64,000 bases of DNA, taken from positions 4,412 to 68,411 of the forward strand of contig URLJ01000005.1 of the NCBI GenBank assembly GCA_900548675.1, read 5' to 3'. Source of the stretch: an uncultured Mollicutes bacterium (GTDB lineage Bacteria; Bacillota_I; Bacilli_A; ML615J-28; CAG-313). Each line of letters starts with the position of its first letter. Within the stretch, counting starts at the first letter, position 1. The notes under the pieces were generated by a model. That model was given only the letters and a program-made list of their open reading frames with translations, was not told where the DNA came from and made no database searches. Shown piece after piece: positions 8,689 through 18,335 of this stretch. The position numbers were made by a program, and so were the translations under genes.

Positions 8689-11418
8689 TTATTTAGACCC
8701 CAGTAATTTTTTCCTTTGTTTCAAAATATTTGCATCATTATCATAGTTTTGAATTTTAAAAGAAGAAACAATTTTCTCTTCTGTTTCAGGTGTCCAATAA
8801 ATAGTTAAATTCTTTTTAGCTCTTGTAATTGCAGTATAAAATATATTATGCGTAATATTTTCCTCAACCTCATTTGAAATCAATATTTTTACCGAATCAT
8901 ATTCTAATCCTTGAGCTTTGTGAATAGAAAGTGCATAGGCTATTTGAAATGGGATTGACAAATTGTATCCTGTGTCTTTATCGTAAACATCTTCAGAATA
9001 CTTATTAAATGCAAATCTAACTATAGATTCACCATCTACTATTGATAATAATTTAACGTCACAATTTTCACATAATACTGGATTAAGTACTTTATTTATA
9101 CGAATGGTAAATAAAAAACCATTAGAATTTTCTTCTATTTTTTCAATTACACCTTTAAGATTGTTATAAAAAACATCCTTATATTTTAAAGAATCATGAA
9201 AAATTATAGGGTCACCTTCTTTAAAGATATATTGTTTCCATCTATGTACTTCATTTTTATTTGCATTTTGCAAAACTTTATTTAAATTATTGATTCCATA
9301 TAATCCATCATAATTTAAACATAAAATTATTTCATCTCGATAATTTTTCGCAAAAAGACTTTCATCAAATTTATGTGATATTTCAATCATCGCAAGCTTT
9401 TCTTGAATATTAGGTCCTAGATTTCTAACTTCTTTCCAAAAATCTATTAATGTTTCACTATCCGTCCTATACTGTGATTTTAAATCTACAATACATCTTT
9501 TAGGTAAAAATTTTCTTAAAATCGCAAACCAATTACCAAATGTAATTGACTGAATTTGAAATATATCTCCTAACAGAAGCACTAATTTTGGCTTCGTTTG
9601 ATTAAAAATATTAAATGCTTCTTTTGTGCTAATTGTTGAACATTCATCAATTATCAATAAACCAATATTTGAATTTGAATCATATTCTTTTAGATACTTA
9701 GTTGTGGTCATATATTGGGCAGTATTGTCTTCGAACTTTCTCCTCATATTATCTACAGCCGGATTTGTAGATGCAATACAAACCTTAGTTATATCTTTTA
9801 GTACTTTTAATACATAATTTGCAAAATATGATTTCCCTGTTCCTGCCGCACCATATACTGCAAAAACGCTACTATTTTCAAAAAGTGATTTAAGTGCGCA
9901 TTCTTTATCAATATCAATAAAAACTAATCCTAATTCGGATATTCTTGCTTCGCAGTATTCTTTATAGCAAGAGAAATTAATTGCATCAACATAACTATTA
10001 ATATGATTTAAAACATTAATGGTATCCAATTCATTTTCAGCCAAATAAGTATAATTGCCAAATTGAAGAATTCTTCTATGCAAAAGAGATGATTTTTGAA
10101 ACTGCGAATTATACCGCTCAATTGTATCTTTTAAGTTCCCACTACTGATCCTTTCATTTGGAATATAAATACAAGAAGACTCGTTTGAAATGTTAAACAC
10201 TGTTCTAGCCATTATCTCAGTAGCATGTTCTTTATAATCAAACAATTCTATTAAATCCCCAAATGAAGGATTGTGCCCTAATAGGCCAGATGAAAAAGGT
10301 GATTTTTCAAATGCATAAACCCCTCTTTTTAAATTCATATCACTTAAAGAATCTTCCTCATTATAAGAGATTTGTTTTCTTAAAATATCATTGTTCATAG
10401 AATGCAACAAATACAAAAGTGTTTTATATCCTGTTTTCTTACTTTCGATAATTTGTCTAGATTTATCAAGCGTTTTGGATATAATAGTCCTTTTATTTGT
10501 GAAAACAATATTATAAAATTCTTTATAATCCTCATCATTGAATTTAATAATATCTACAAGGTTTAGTTTGTTAGTTTTTAAATAATCCATCAATCTACAA
10601 TAATCGCTAGATTTACTAGAATATGATGTAGAAGCTCCAACAATAAGACTAAGTTTTTCTATTTCACAAGGCCTAATAGCAATTGTAAATCTGGTAATTA
10701 CAACATAAGAAATCATTTGGTCAAAAAAAGTTATTTGTTTTAGAAGGTAATTTGCTTTAATTGCATAATTATCAGGAATATCTAACAATGAAAATGCAAT
10801 AAATCTATCAAATTTGCTATTATTATCAAGTGCATCGGTAAGTACGTATTCATAAAATAGAACATTATCAATATATATCAATTTTTTCTTTTGAATATAA
10901 TATGTTCCTTTTTCCCCTGAATTTTCAAGCATCTCTTTCTTGCTTAAAATTTTAATTATTTCTTTATAATATTTTTGGAATGAATCATCCAAATCGAAAG
11001 GAAATAATGAAAGATTAGTTAACACCTCAATATGATATTTACTATGCAAAAAATCTTTAACTTCAAAAAGTTTAGAAGCATATTTTAAGCCTAATCGCTC
11101 AGCATATTCACCAACAAATATCTGATGTCCAACCGAAGCATTTAAGTTGTCGTAGAATTTAGATAAGAAATTTAAATTGCTATTTGATTTACAATATTTA
11201 TTTGCCGCATCCATTTCTGAATATCTTGCCTCATATGATTTATTTTCATGCGCTTTAGCGACAAAACATTCAACAGAACTAACAAAATCTCTTATTCCTT
11301 CCAACAATGATTCTGTAAGTTTTATTCTATCTTTTAATGAGTTGAAAGTTTTATTAACGCTATTACTATACTTTTCTATCTCTCTTTTCCAATATTCTAA
11401 ATCTCTATGTTCAATCAT
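8689..11418 (-). CDS. RecD/Pif1-like SF1 helicase (AAA_30 plus UvrD_C_2-type) with ~480-aa uncharacterised N-terminal domain
   Basis: Walker A VYGAAGTGKSYF, Walker B LLIIDECSTIS, C-terminal motif ALSIHKAQGLEYDSV...YTAITRAKKNL. The N-terminal half shows no recognisable motifs. Confidence 0.75.
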   Translation of the reverse strand: MIEHRDLEYWKREIEKYSNSVNKTFNSLKDRIKLTESLLEGIRDFVSSVECFVAKAHENKSYEARYSEMDAANKYCKSNSNLNFLSKFYDNLNASVGHQIFVGEYAERLGLKYASKLFEVKDFLHSKYHIEVLTNLSLFPFDLDDSFQKYYKEIIKILSKKEMLENSGEKGTYYIQKKKLIYIDNVLFYEYVLTDALDNNSKFDRFIAFSLLDIPDNYAIKANYLLKQITFFDQMISYVVITRFTIAIRPCEIEKLSLIVGASTSYSSKSSDYCRLMDYLKTNKLNLVDIIKFNDEDYKEFYNIVFTNKRTIISKTLDKSRQIIESKKTGYKTLLYLLHSMNNDILRKQISYNEEDSLSDMNLKRGVYAFEKSPFSSGLLGHNPSFGDLIELFDYKEHATEIMARTVFNISNESSCIYIPNERISSGNLKDTIERYNSQFQKSSLLHRRILQFGNYTYLAENELDTINVLNHINSYVDAINFSCYKEYCEARISELGLVFIDIDKECALKSLFENSSVFAVYGAAGTGKSYFANYVLKVLKDITKVCIASTNPAVDNMRRKFEDNTAQYMTTTKYLKEYDSNSNIGLLIIDECSTISTKEAFNIFNQTKPKLVLLLGDIFQIQSITFGNWFAILRKFLPKRCIVDLKSQYRTDSETLIDFWKEVRNLGPNIQEKLAMIEISHKFDESLFAKNYRDEIILCLNYDGLYGINNLNKVLQNANKNEVHRWKQYIFKEGDPIIFHDSLKYKDVFYNNLKGVIEKIEENSNGFLFTIRINKVLNPVLCENCDVKLLSIVDGESIVRFAFNKYSEDVYDKDTGYNLSIPFQIAYALSIHKAQGLEYDSVKILISNEVEENITHNIFYTAITRAKKNLTIYWTPETEEKIVSSFKIQNYDNDANILKQRKKLLGSK

Positions 11419-11436
11419 AATTATTACCTTTTATCT

Positions 11437-11820
11437 TTAATTGCATAGTGTGATTTGTCTCTTAACATACTTTGAAATCTTTTTTATGAGAATTGTGACT
11501 CTCTTAAACATCATACTTTCTAAAGTTTTCAGCTTGTTCCAACACTTTTTCATATACTTCGGCATTCCATTCTTATAATCAACCTCAGGCTTAGAAGTAA
11601 CAAGGATTACGCATCTTTGGTTGCCAATAACACGTTTGATTTCGACACTTATATATTGAGAAAAATCTCCATTATTAAAACCATTTAATCTAACTCTATC
11701 TATAGCATTTCCTAATTTTAATTCTTTATATTTACCAACAAACTCTGTTACAGGCACCCATCTACTAACTCCTTCGGTATTAGGTTTTACCAATTTTATA
11801 AACAATTCTACCTTAATCAT
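11437..11820 (-). CDS. Small hypothetical protein, upstream partner of the helicase
   Basis: 127-aa ORF, 18 nt upstream of and co-oriented with the helicase gene. Confidence 0.45.
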   Translation of the reverse strand: MIKVELFIKLVKPNTEGVSRWVPVTEFVGKYKELKLGNAIDRVRLNGFNNGDFSQYISVEIKRVIGNQRCVILVTSKPEVDYKNGMPKYMKKCWNKLKTLESMMFKRVTILIKKISKYVKRQITLCN

Positions 11821-12336
11821 TTTTATTAACCATCCTATAAATAAGTTAAAAACATACGAAAATTATAACACTTTTTTGAGAAAATTACAAGTAGATTGCG
11901 GAATAATGACAGAACTAAAAAAAGTTTTTATAAAAAATATAGTTTGTTCCGTAGGAATATATAAAAAGAAAAAGAGCCTCGTAAAAATGCCGTTTTGCAC
12001 TTCTACAAGGCTCTATAGTTTGTTGGCGGAAAGGATAAAGGTTCCTATCCACAAAGAAAAAAGGCTTGATAACAAATGTATCAAACCTATTGCTTCTTTA
12101 ATGTGAAAGGTAAGTTTTGTTAATACAATGCACCCTCTATAGATGAAGGTGCACCCTCTAACCCTATATTTTTAAGCATATACACAAGTGACGTGTGACT
12201 AGCGTGACAGATGTGACACTTAGGTATGATATGCATATTTTATACAACAAAAGTATTTGAAAAACAAGTTTAATACAACTTGACTTTAAACCTCTTTAGA
12301 GTGATAGATAGACACAGCTTTAAGGAGGTTTTTATT

Positions 12337-12516
12337 ATGCGTCATAAACAAATTGAAGGCGAAATAAAATATAGATTTGCATGTCTTCTTCTAAATCAAA
12401 TGCTTAAAGATAAATTTATAACAAAAGATGAACTTATATTATTTAAGAAAAAGCTCATTAAAAAATATAAACCTATAATTAGTGTGTTGGAGGAAATCGA
12501 TGAAAAAGATAATTAA
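12337..12516 (+). CDS. Small hypothetical protein preceding the recombinase remnant
   Basis: AAGGAGG RBS before ATG (MRHKQIEGEIKY...). About 60 aa. Confidence 0.4.
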   Translation: MRHKQIEGEIKYRFACLLLNQMLKDKFITKDELILFKKKLIKKYKPIISVLEEIDEKDN

Positions 12517-13945
12517 AGAAATTACTCCAATAAAGAAAAAGGTTGAAAATGCACCTACTAAAAAGTGAGTCGCAGCATATGCAAGAGTATCAACTGAACA
12601 AGATGAGCAGCTTCATTCTTTACAGGTTCAAAGAGATTATTATGAAAATTATATTAAATCTAATCCTGACTGGGAACTCGTTAATATTTATTATGATGAA
12701 GGAATTACAGGTACTTCTTTAAAACGTAGAAAATGATTTAATCAAATGATAACAGATGCTCTTGATGGGAAAATAGATGTTATATTAGTTAAGTCAGTAT
12801 CTAGATTCGCTAGAAATACAATTGATGCTCTTCAAACAACAAGAGATTTAAAATTAAAAGGCGTACCTGTATTTTTTGAAAAAGAAAACATTGATAGTAT
12901 GGATCCTAAAGGTGAATTCATGCTTACACTATTCTGTTCTTTCGCTCAGGAAGAATCCAAATCAATATCTGATAACATTAAATAGTCAGTTAGAAATGGA
13001 TATAAACATGGGAAATTCACAATGCATACTGAGCATTTATTAGGTTTTAAGAAAACAGCAGCAGGTAAAATTATAATTGATAAGGAACAGGCAAAACTTG
13101 TTAAAATGATTTATAAACTTTTCTTAGAAGGTTTAAATAATCATCAATTACAAGTATACCTAAAAAACAATAATATCTTAACACCTCTAGGTTCTAAAAA
13201 ATGGACTTATGCAGTCATTAATTCAATTCTTACTAATGAAAAATATTGTGGAGATGCAATACTTCAAAAGAAATTCTCAATTGATGTAGTACTTCATACT
13301 TTAAAAAAGAATGAAGGTGAATTACCTCAATATAGAATATATAATAATCATCCTGCAATTATACCAAAGCCAACATGGGAATATGTTCAAGAATTATATT
13401 CAATTAAATATAATGATAACTCATATCCACTAAGTAATAAAATTGAATGTGGATTATGTCATAAATTTTATCAGCCTAGAAGAAATGATAGAAAAAAGGA
13501 TTATGGCAAAGTTCTTCTATATTGGGTTTGCAATTCAAGATACAAAAGAAAATGTAAGGGAATACTTATTCATGATGAACAAATGATTGAAGCATCTACT
13601 TTAGCATTTGAAAATTTATATAGTTCTTATAAAGATGAAATTATAAATGATATAAGATTAATTGCATCTAAAACAATAACCACTAAAACCAAACAAAAAG
13701 AATTTAGTAACAAGTTATCTTCTATCTATCCCTTAAATAAGGATATTATAGATTACTTTACTAAATTCTTAATTAGAAAAATATATGTTGTTGATGATGA
13801 CTATCTTCTTTATGAATTTATTGACGATACCTTATATCGTTATGAACTAGGTACATGGTCTATAAAAGAAAACAGAAAGATTAATCGTAAACGCAGAGAG
13901 TTTAGAAATAAAGACTATTGGGGAAAGAAACCTGAAGTAGATTAA
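12503..13945 (+). pseudogene. Large serine recombinase (resolvase/invertase N-domain plus recombinase domain), disrupted by at least 3 stops/frameshifts
   Basis: Frames give MKKIIKEITPIKKK...TKK*, VAAYARVSTEQDEQLHSLQVQRDYYENYI...GITGTSLKRRK*, ...IDVILVKSVSRFARNTIDALQTTRDLKLKGVPVFFEKENIDS...*, then the 307-aa ORF 13022-13945 (recombinase/zinc-ribbon-like: CGLCHKFYQP...C). The serine-recombinase catalytic region (AYARVS) is split across frames. Confidence 0.7.
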
Positions 13946-14253
13946 TCCTCAATAATTTCATAAGCAACTCTAGAGCCTTTTACTCTTACTGCATGGAATC
14001 TTCTATTATTTGCTTTCCAATGAGGAAACTTATCAGCTTTTTCTTCATTAGTATCACGATAGCAAATTATAATATTATCTAAAACATCAGCTCCACCTTT
14101 TGATAATGGTCTAATGTGATCTAATGTAGGATGATAATTACTATTAGGATTTCCACAAGCAGATTTTTTCATTAATCTACCAGCATAGTCCTTTACATCT
14201 TCTTTTTTGCCATAATAATGATTCCAGACATCGATTGTATTGTACTTTGACAT
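13942..14253 (-). CDS. Small HNH endonuclease-family protein, partner of the viperin-like gene
   Basis: HNH motif YHPTLDHIRPLSKGGADVLDNIIICYRDTNEEKADKF. Likely start MSKYNT at 14253 with AGGAGG 7 nt upstream; the ORF track extends to 14313. Confidence 0.65.
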   Translation of the reverse strand: MSKYNTIDVWNHYYGKKEDVKDYAGRLMKKSACGNPNSNYHPTLDHIRPLSKGGADVLDNIIICYRDTNEEKADKFPHWKANNRRFHAVRVKGSRVAYEIIED

Positions 14254-14278
14254 TTTGAATACCTCCTTTCTAAAGTGA

Positions 14279-15103
14279 TTAAATGTATCTTTTAATATAA
14301 TTGGCATAATCAATATTTAATAGATTAATTGCTTCTTCTATATCATAATCAAATATTGAAATATTGCTTATATGGGCATTATTTGTTGAAATATTACCTT
14401 GTGAGTCAATAATTATATATGAGTTTTTCATCTCATCAGAACTTTCAAATATATGGTCAAATTTGATTTTTGATAAGAAGGCTTCTGCTTCTTCTTTATT
14501 AACCATATTATTTTTATTTTTTAGGTCATTATCATCACAATGCATCTGAAGAATTTTATATCTATCTGGTTTAATTTCATTTATAAACGAATTAAAATCC
14601 TCATCAATATTTAACTTAGAAAGGCAAGTATTAATTTTTAATTTAATACCTGCTTTTTTAATGCTATTACAGATGTGAATTAATTGTTCTTTAGATAAAG
14701 TATTAGCTTTAAAACATCTTCCAATTAAAACATTTGTATCATAATCTAAAGAATCTACACTAATTCCAATTGTACTTATTTGATTTTTGTATCTTTCAAT
14801 AAATGAATCATCCAAATAATAACCATTAGTAATAATAGATACTTCAATACCTTTTGATGCAATATAATCGATTAATCTATCAATATTTCTAGACATTAAG
14901 GGCTCCCCTCCTGCGAGATTGATTCTGCCCTTAATTTCATTATCGTTAAAATATTTATAAATTTTATCTACTGCAACCTTTAGTTCATCAAATGACAACT
15001 CACAATTTTCTTTTTTAACAAAGCAATGCTTACAATGAAAATTACAGAAATCTGTAAAATGAAGATTTATACAAGAATACATTTCCATCACCTCGGGCTT
15101 CAT
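14279..15103 (-). CDS. Prokaryotic viperin (pVip)-like radical SAM enzyme
   Basis: CNFHCKHC (CxxxCxxC) inside NLHFTDFCNFHCKHCF (compare viperin NYHFTRQCNYKCGFCF). GGEP SAM motif, NVLIGR, KINTCLSKLN, RYKILQMH. The C-terminal MKNSYIIID matches the viperin-specific tail (MKDSYLILD). Confidence 0.7.
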   Translation of the reverse strand: MKPEVMEMYSCINLHFTDFCNFHCKHCFVKKENCELSFDELKVAVDKIYKYFNDNEIKGRINLAGGEPLMSRNIDRLIDYIASKGIEVSIITNGYYLDDSFIERYKNQISTIGISVDSLDYDTNVLIGRCFKANTLSKEQLIHICNSIKKAGIKLKINTCLSKLNIDEDFNSFINEIKPDRYKILQMHCDDNDLKNKNNMVNKEEAEAFLSKIKFDHIFESSDEMKNSYIIIDSQGNISTNNAHISNISIFDYDIEEAINLLNIDYANYIKRYI

Positions 15104-15187
15104 TATATATTAATAAATAAATTAATATCGGGCCTTCAGGCGAAAATAAAAACATCAGCTAAATTAATAACTGATGCTTCAATCACT

Positions 15188-15391
15188 CTATTTCGTTAGA
15201 GTATTATGTAAAATTTGTAAATTAAGGAAATTATCAGCTTTTGGTATATATCCTGAACGCCATTTGTAGATTGTTTTTTCATTAACATCTAGTAGAATTG
15301 ACATTTCATAATAAGAATACTTAACTGTTAAATCTCCTATTAATCCGATTACAATTTTACGAATTTCTTCCTTTGATATTAAATCAAACAT
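15188..15391 (-). CDS. Small HTH DNA-binding protein
   Basis: 67 aa; EKTIYKWRSG HTH-like segment. Sits between the viperin and nucleotidyltransferase modules. Confidence 0.4.
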   Translation of the reverse strand: MFDLISKEEIRKIVIGLIGDLTVKYSYYEMSILLDVNEKTIYKWRSGYIPKADNFLNLQILHNTLTK

Positions 15392-15471
15392 TGTAACAAC
15401 CTCCTCTGGTCAAACCAGGGCGGTCAACAATCAGAAAATTGTTACAGGTATATTATATCATCTTTTTTAAA

Positions 15472-16137
15472 TCATTGGAATCTTATACCAAAATGTTTTA
15501 ATGTTTCAACGACTGATTCATTTAACAATTGATAGGATTTCTTCTTATTTGGTTCAACATCATCTTTATGATCATGACGTTTCTTTTTATATACTTTTCG
15601 AAGATACTCCCACATTTCAGGGCCTTCAATAAGACTTAATCTTTCACGATATTTATTCATTTCTTTTCTTTTAGCCCATTCATAGTCTTCGTTATTAGCA
15701 TTATTAGTATTTTTCTTATTATAAAGAATATAGAAATTACCGTCTTCATCATATGTTGTTATAATGATATCAAAGCCATATCCTTTGTTAATATTTTTTG
15801 TAGTTAAGGCTTGAGTGCTATCCTCACAGAAACTGAATCCTTTAGGTTTAAACTTATCAAATGTAGTTCTAAATATATCTTTAAATTTTTTACAGTCTCT
15901 ATTCCAATTATAATTATTCGGAATAGATTGCATAACAATTTGGAAATCTAAATCAAAGAAATTCTCATTGCATTTTCTAATTACCATATTTCTACTACCA
16001 CTACCAATTGGAGAGTGTGAAAAAGTAATTTTATAATTCTTTTTTATATATTTTTGAACACTATTAATCCAATTAATAAATGTATCTCTTGGAATCTCTA
16101 GTTCCTTTTTCTTTACATAATCACACATAAAAATCAA
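15472..16137 (-). CDS. Pol-beta-superfamily nucleotidyltransferase (minimal nucleotidyltransferase / SMODS-like)
   Basis: HSPIGSGSRNMVIRKCNENFFDLDFQIV (GS...DxD) plus a downstream acidic GFDIIITTYDEDG. Overlaps the upstream HEPN gene by 4 nt. Confidence 0.55.
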   Translation of the reverse strand: MIFMCDYVKKKELEIPRDTFINWINSVQKYIKKNYKITFSHSPIGSGSRNMVIRKCNENFFDLDFQIVMQSIPNNYNWNRDCKKFKDIFRTTFDKFKPKGFSFCEDSTQALTTKNINKGYGFDIIITTYDEDGNFYILYNKKNTNNANNEDYEWAKRKEMNKYRERLSLIEGPEMWEYLRKVYKKKRHDHKDDVEPNKKKSYQLLNESVVETLKHFGIRFQ

Positions 16138-16820
16138 TCCTCCGTATATAGCAAGAACTTATAATAAGCACTTGCTATATTTTCTTTTGTCTTTTGATTA
16201 GGTACTTTAAGATTTTTGATACACCCATCTTTATAATCAGATGGCAGCATTTCAACTAAAGCACCTATTCCTTTTAGTGTTTCTTCAACCGTCGATTCAA
16301 AATTATAATCAAATAATAAAGGTGAGTGATGCATTACACTATTTCTTAGATTTATTGTTAAATCTAATTTGCTAGTATCATAAGTTTGTGAATCATAATC
16401 TTTTATAAAAGACACTAAATCTCCAAAGTTTAAAGCAAACTTTTTATAAAAGTCTGTTATTTCATCCGTTGGATTAGTCTTTCTAATACACTTTGGCAGT
16501 CCTTTAAAATAATGATATTCTGGTTTCTTTAATTCAGCTTCAGGATCGAAATCAAATCTTAGTAAAATATCATTTCTGATATATTCTTCCAAAGTACCTA
16601 AATATTTAAATAGAACATCTTTTATTGCCTTATCGAGGATAACAAATGAATTGACATCAGCAAAAATAACATTAGAATCAACCTTACTCAATGCTTCAAA
16701 TATAATTCTATATTGCTGAACACCTCGAATTTTAGAATACTTCTCAAATGTGCTTTTATCATCATTATTAAGTTTTTCAATAAATTCTTTAAATCCCATA
16801 TTCTTCCTCCGTTTTAGCAA
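16134..16820 (-). CDS. Abi2 (AbiD/AbiF-like) HEPN-domain protein
   Basis: R-x4-H HEPN motif in LRNSVMHHSPLL. ~228 aa, typical of the Abi_2 family. Translationally coupled to the nucleotidyltransferase gene. Confidence 0.5.
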   Translation of the reverse strand: MLKRRKNMGFKEFIEKLNNDDKSTFEKYSKIRGVQQYRIIFEALSKVDSNVIFADVNSFVILDKAIKDVLFKYLGTLEEYIRNDILLRFDFDPEAELKKPEYHYFKGLPKCIRKTNPTDEITDFYKKFALNFGDLVSFIKDYDSQTYDTSKLDLTINLRNSVMHHSPLLFDYNFESTVEETLKGIGALVEMLPSDYKDGCIKNLKVPNQKTKENIASAYYKFLLYTED

Positions 16821-16873
16821 TTAAATATCTCAGGTTATTTAAATACTATAATTTTGCCATTTTTCACACGTTT

Positions 16874-17749
16874 TTAGTCTTCATCAGAAATACTAGAATA
16901 ATCAATTTTTTTAATACTTCCATCTTTATTGAAGTGATAGAACAATTTATCATCGATCTTTAAAACTGCTTTTGTGTCAGATTTTATAATACTTGTTGAA
17001 GAATGAGGTTCAGTTTTGATTGCGCCATAAGAAACACCTTCAATTCTATCGAGTTCTAATTTTGTAATAAAACTTTTAAAAACATCATACTCATTGTTTA
17101 CGTATTTTCTTTTTCCGGTTACAAATGGACCTTTGTAATTAATTAAATCCTCAATTACTTTTCCATAATTATCAAATAATTCATAATAACCCAACACATA
17201 TTCTGGTCTTAAAATATTGCCTCTATCATCATTGGTAAAGCCATCAATACAATCAGCTTTAACATTTCCTTTTAAATATACTCCTTTTATTTTAATATTT
17301 GGTCTTATGGATGACTCTGTGATTGTAATTTTAAATGTTTTATTAGATACATCACATAAATCTAATGGAGCAATATCATAATAAATTAATATCTTTACTG
17401 CTCCACTTTGAAATCCTAAATTTGAAGCAAAACAGGGAATAATTTTCCAATCATTATGTTTTTCTTTAATATCTCTTATAACAGTAACAAATGAGCATGC
17501 TTCTGTTTTTTCAACAGGACCATTATGTGATTTACACTCACACAACAAATGGTAATCAGGATTGTTTGAAGATAAAAGATGAATATCTATTTGATGTTTT
17601 GCTCCTGATATACCTTCTATTTTATCAGTGTGGTCATCTGAAACCTTATCGAATATTATTCCCCTATCCCAGCTTATTTCTTTCAACAGTAAAATACTTT
17701 CAGAAAAATCTTCATATTTTTTTCCTTTTTCTTGATTTTTAGTCGGCAT
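16874..17749 (-). CDS. Mrr-like PD-(D/E)xK restriction-endonuclease-fold protein with unknown C-terminal domain
   Basis: N-terminal region GISGAKHQIDIHLL...LLCECKSH fits the Mrr_cat D...ExK catalytic core. Confidence 0.5.
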   Translation of the reverse strand: MPTKNQEKGKKYEDFSESILLLKEISWDRGIIFDKVSDDHTDKIEGISGAKHQIDIHLLSSNNPDYHLLCECKSHNGPVEKTEACSFVTVIRDIKEKHNDWKIIPCFASNLGFQSGAVKILIYYDIAPLDLCDVSNKTFKITITESSIRPNIKIKGVYLKGNVKADCIDGFTNDDRGNILRPEYVLGYYELFDNYGKVIEDLINYKGPFVTGKRKYVNNEYDVFKSFITKLELDRIEGVSYGAIKTEPHSSTSIIKSDTKAVLKIDDKLFYHFNKDGSIKKIDYSSISDED

Positions 17750-17795
17750 CGAAATCCCCCCAAATTTGAATAATTTGCCTTATTGTCGCTTCATA

Positions 17796-18335
17796 TTATT
17801 TCAAATCCATTGTTATAACAACATCTTCATCACCAAGTAAATCTATTAATTCACTTTTGGATAAATTGATATGTCCTAATTTTGTATAAGACCATGTATT
17901 AGAGTCATAGAATAATACTATTTGATTTGATGAGTATAAAACTATATCTCCTGGAGATGTAGTTAAACTAGCATCACTTGATGCAATACATTTACCAAGT
18001 GAACCTACCTGTTCAAAGTTACCATACATACTCATATTTATAGTTAGTCCATCTTTAGCAAGTTCTTTTAAAGCTTTAACTGAATCATTATCCAGCCAAT
18101 TAACATCTACTATAGTATTACCAATTTTTAGTTCAATTGCCTTATTCGCATATGGGGCTTCTTCTTTTGGTTCAATAGTTGTAGGATTTGAATCAGTTGA
18201 TGAACATGTAGTAAATGAAGGTGTTGTTGGAGTATCAGGCAGTGTTGTAACTTTGTTGTTAGAGCAAGAGGAAGTAATTAAAATTAGAATGATAAAAAGA
18301 AATAGTAATGGTGTTTTTCTAATATTGATTCTCAT
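17796..18335 (-). CDS. Lipoprotein (cyclophilin-like fold family)
   Basis: Signal peptide with lipobox-like LITSSC. Overlaps the upstream ORF by 4 nt. Confidence 0.5.
   Translation of the reverse strand: MRINIRKTPLLFLFIILILITSSCSNNKVTTLPDTPTTPSFTTCSSTDSNPTTIEPKEEAPYANKAIELKIGNTIVDVNWLDNDSVKALKELAKDGLTINMSMYGNFEQVGSLGKCIASSDASLTTSPGDIVLYSSNQIVLFYDSNTWSYTKLGHINLSKSELIDLLGDEDVVITMDLK

Noticed and set aside
9626-9817. Small sense-overlapping plus-strand ORFs within the helicase gene, and similar ORFs at 3656, 4131, 17491, 18690, 20305, 22843 and elsewhere
   Set aside because: All are embedded antisense in long, motif-supported minus-strand genes.
11876-12106. 76-aa plus-strand ORF and hairpins (AGAGCC...GGCTCT; GGATA...TATCC) between the helicase module and the recombinase
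   Set aside because: There is no RBS or motif support for a protein. The structures could belong to a small RNA or to att remnants, but nothing in the sequence alone distinguishes these.
15392-15471. GGTCAAACCAGGGCGGTCAACAATC upstream of the 67-aa HTH gene as an operator
   Set aside because: It contains only two short GGTCAA direct repeats and no convincing dyad symmetry, which is too weak to call.
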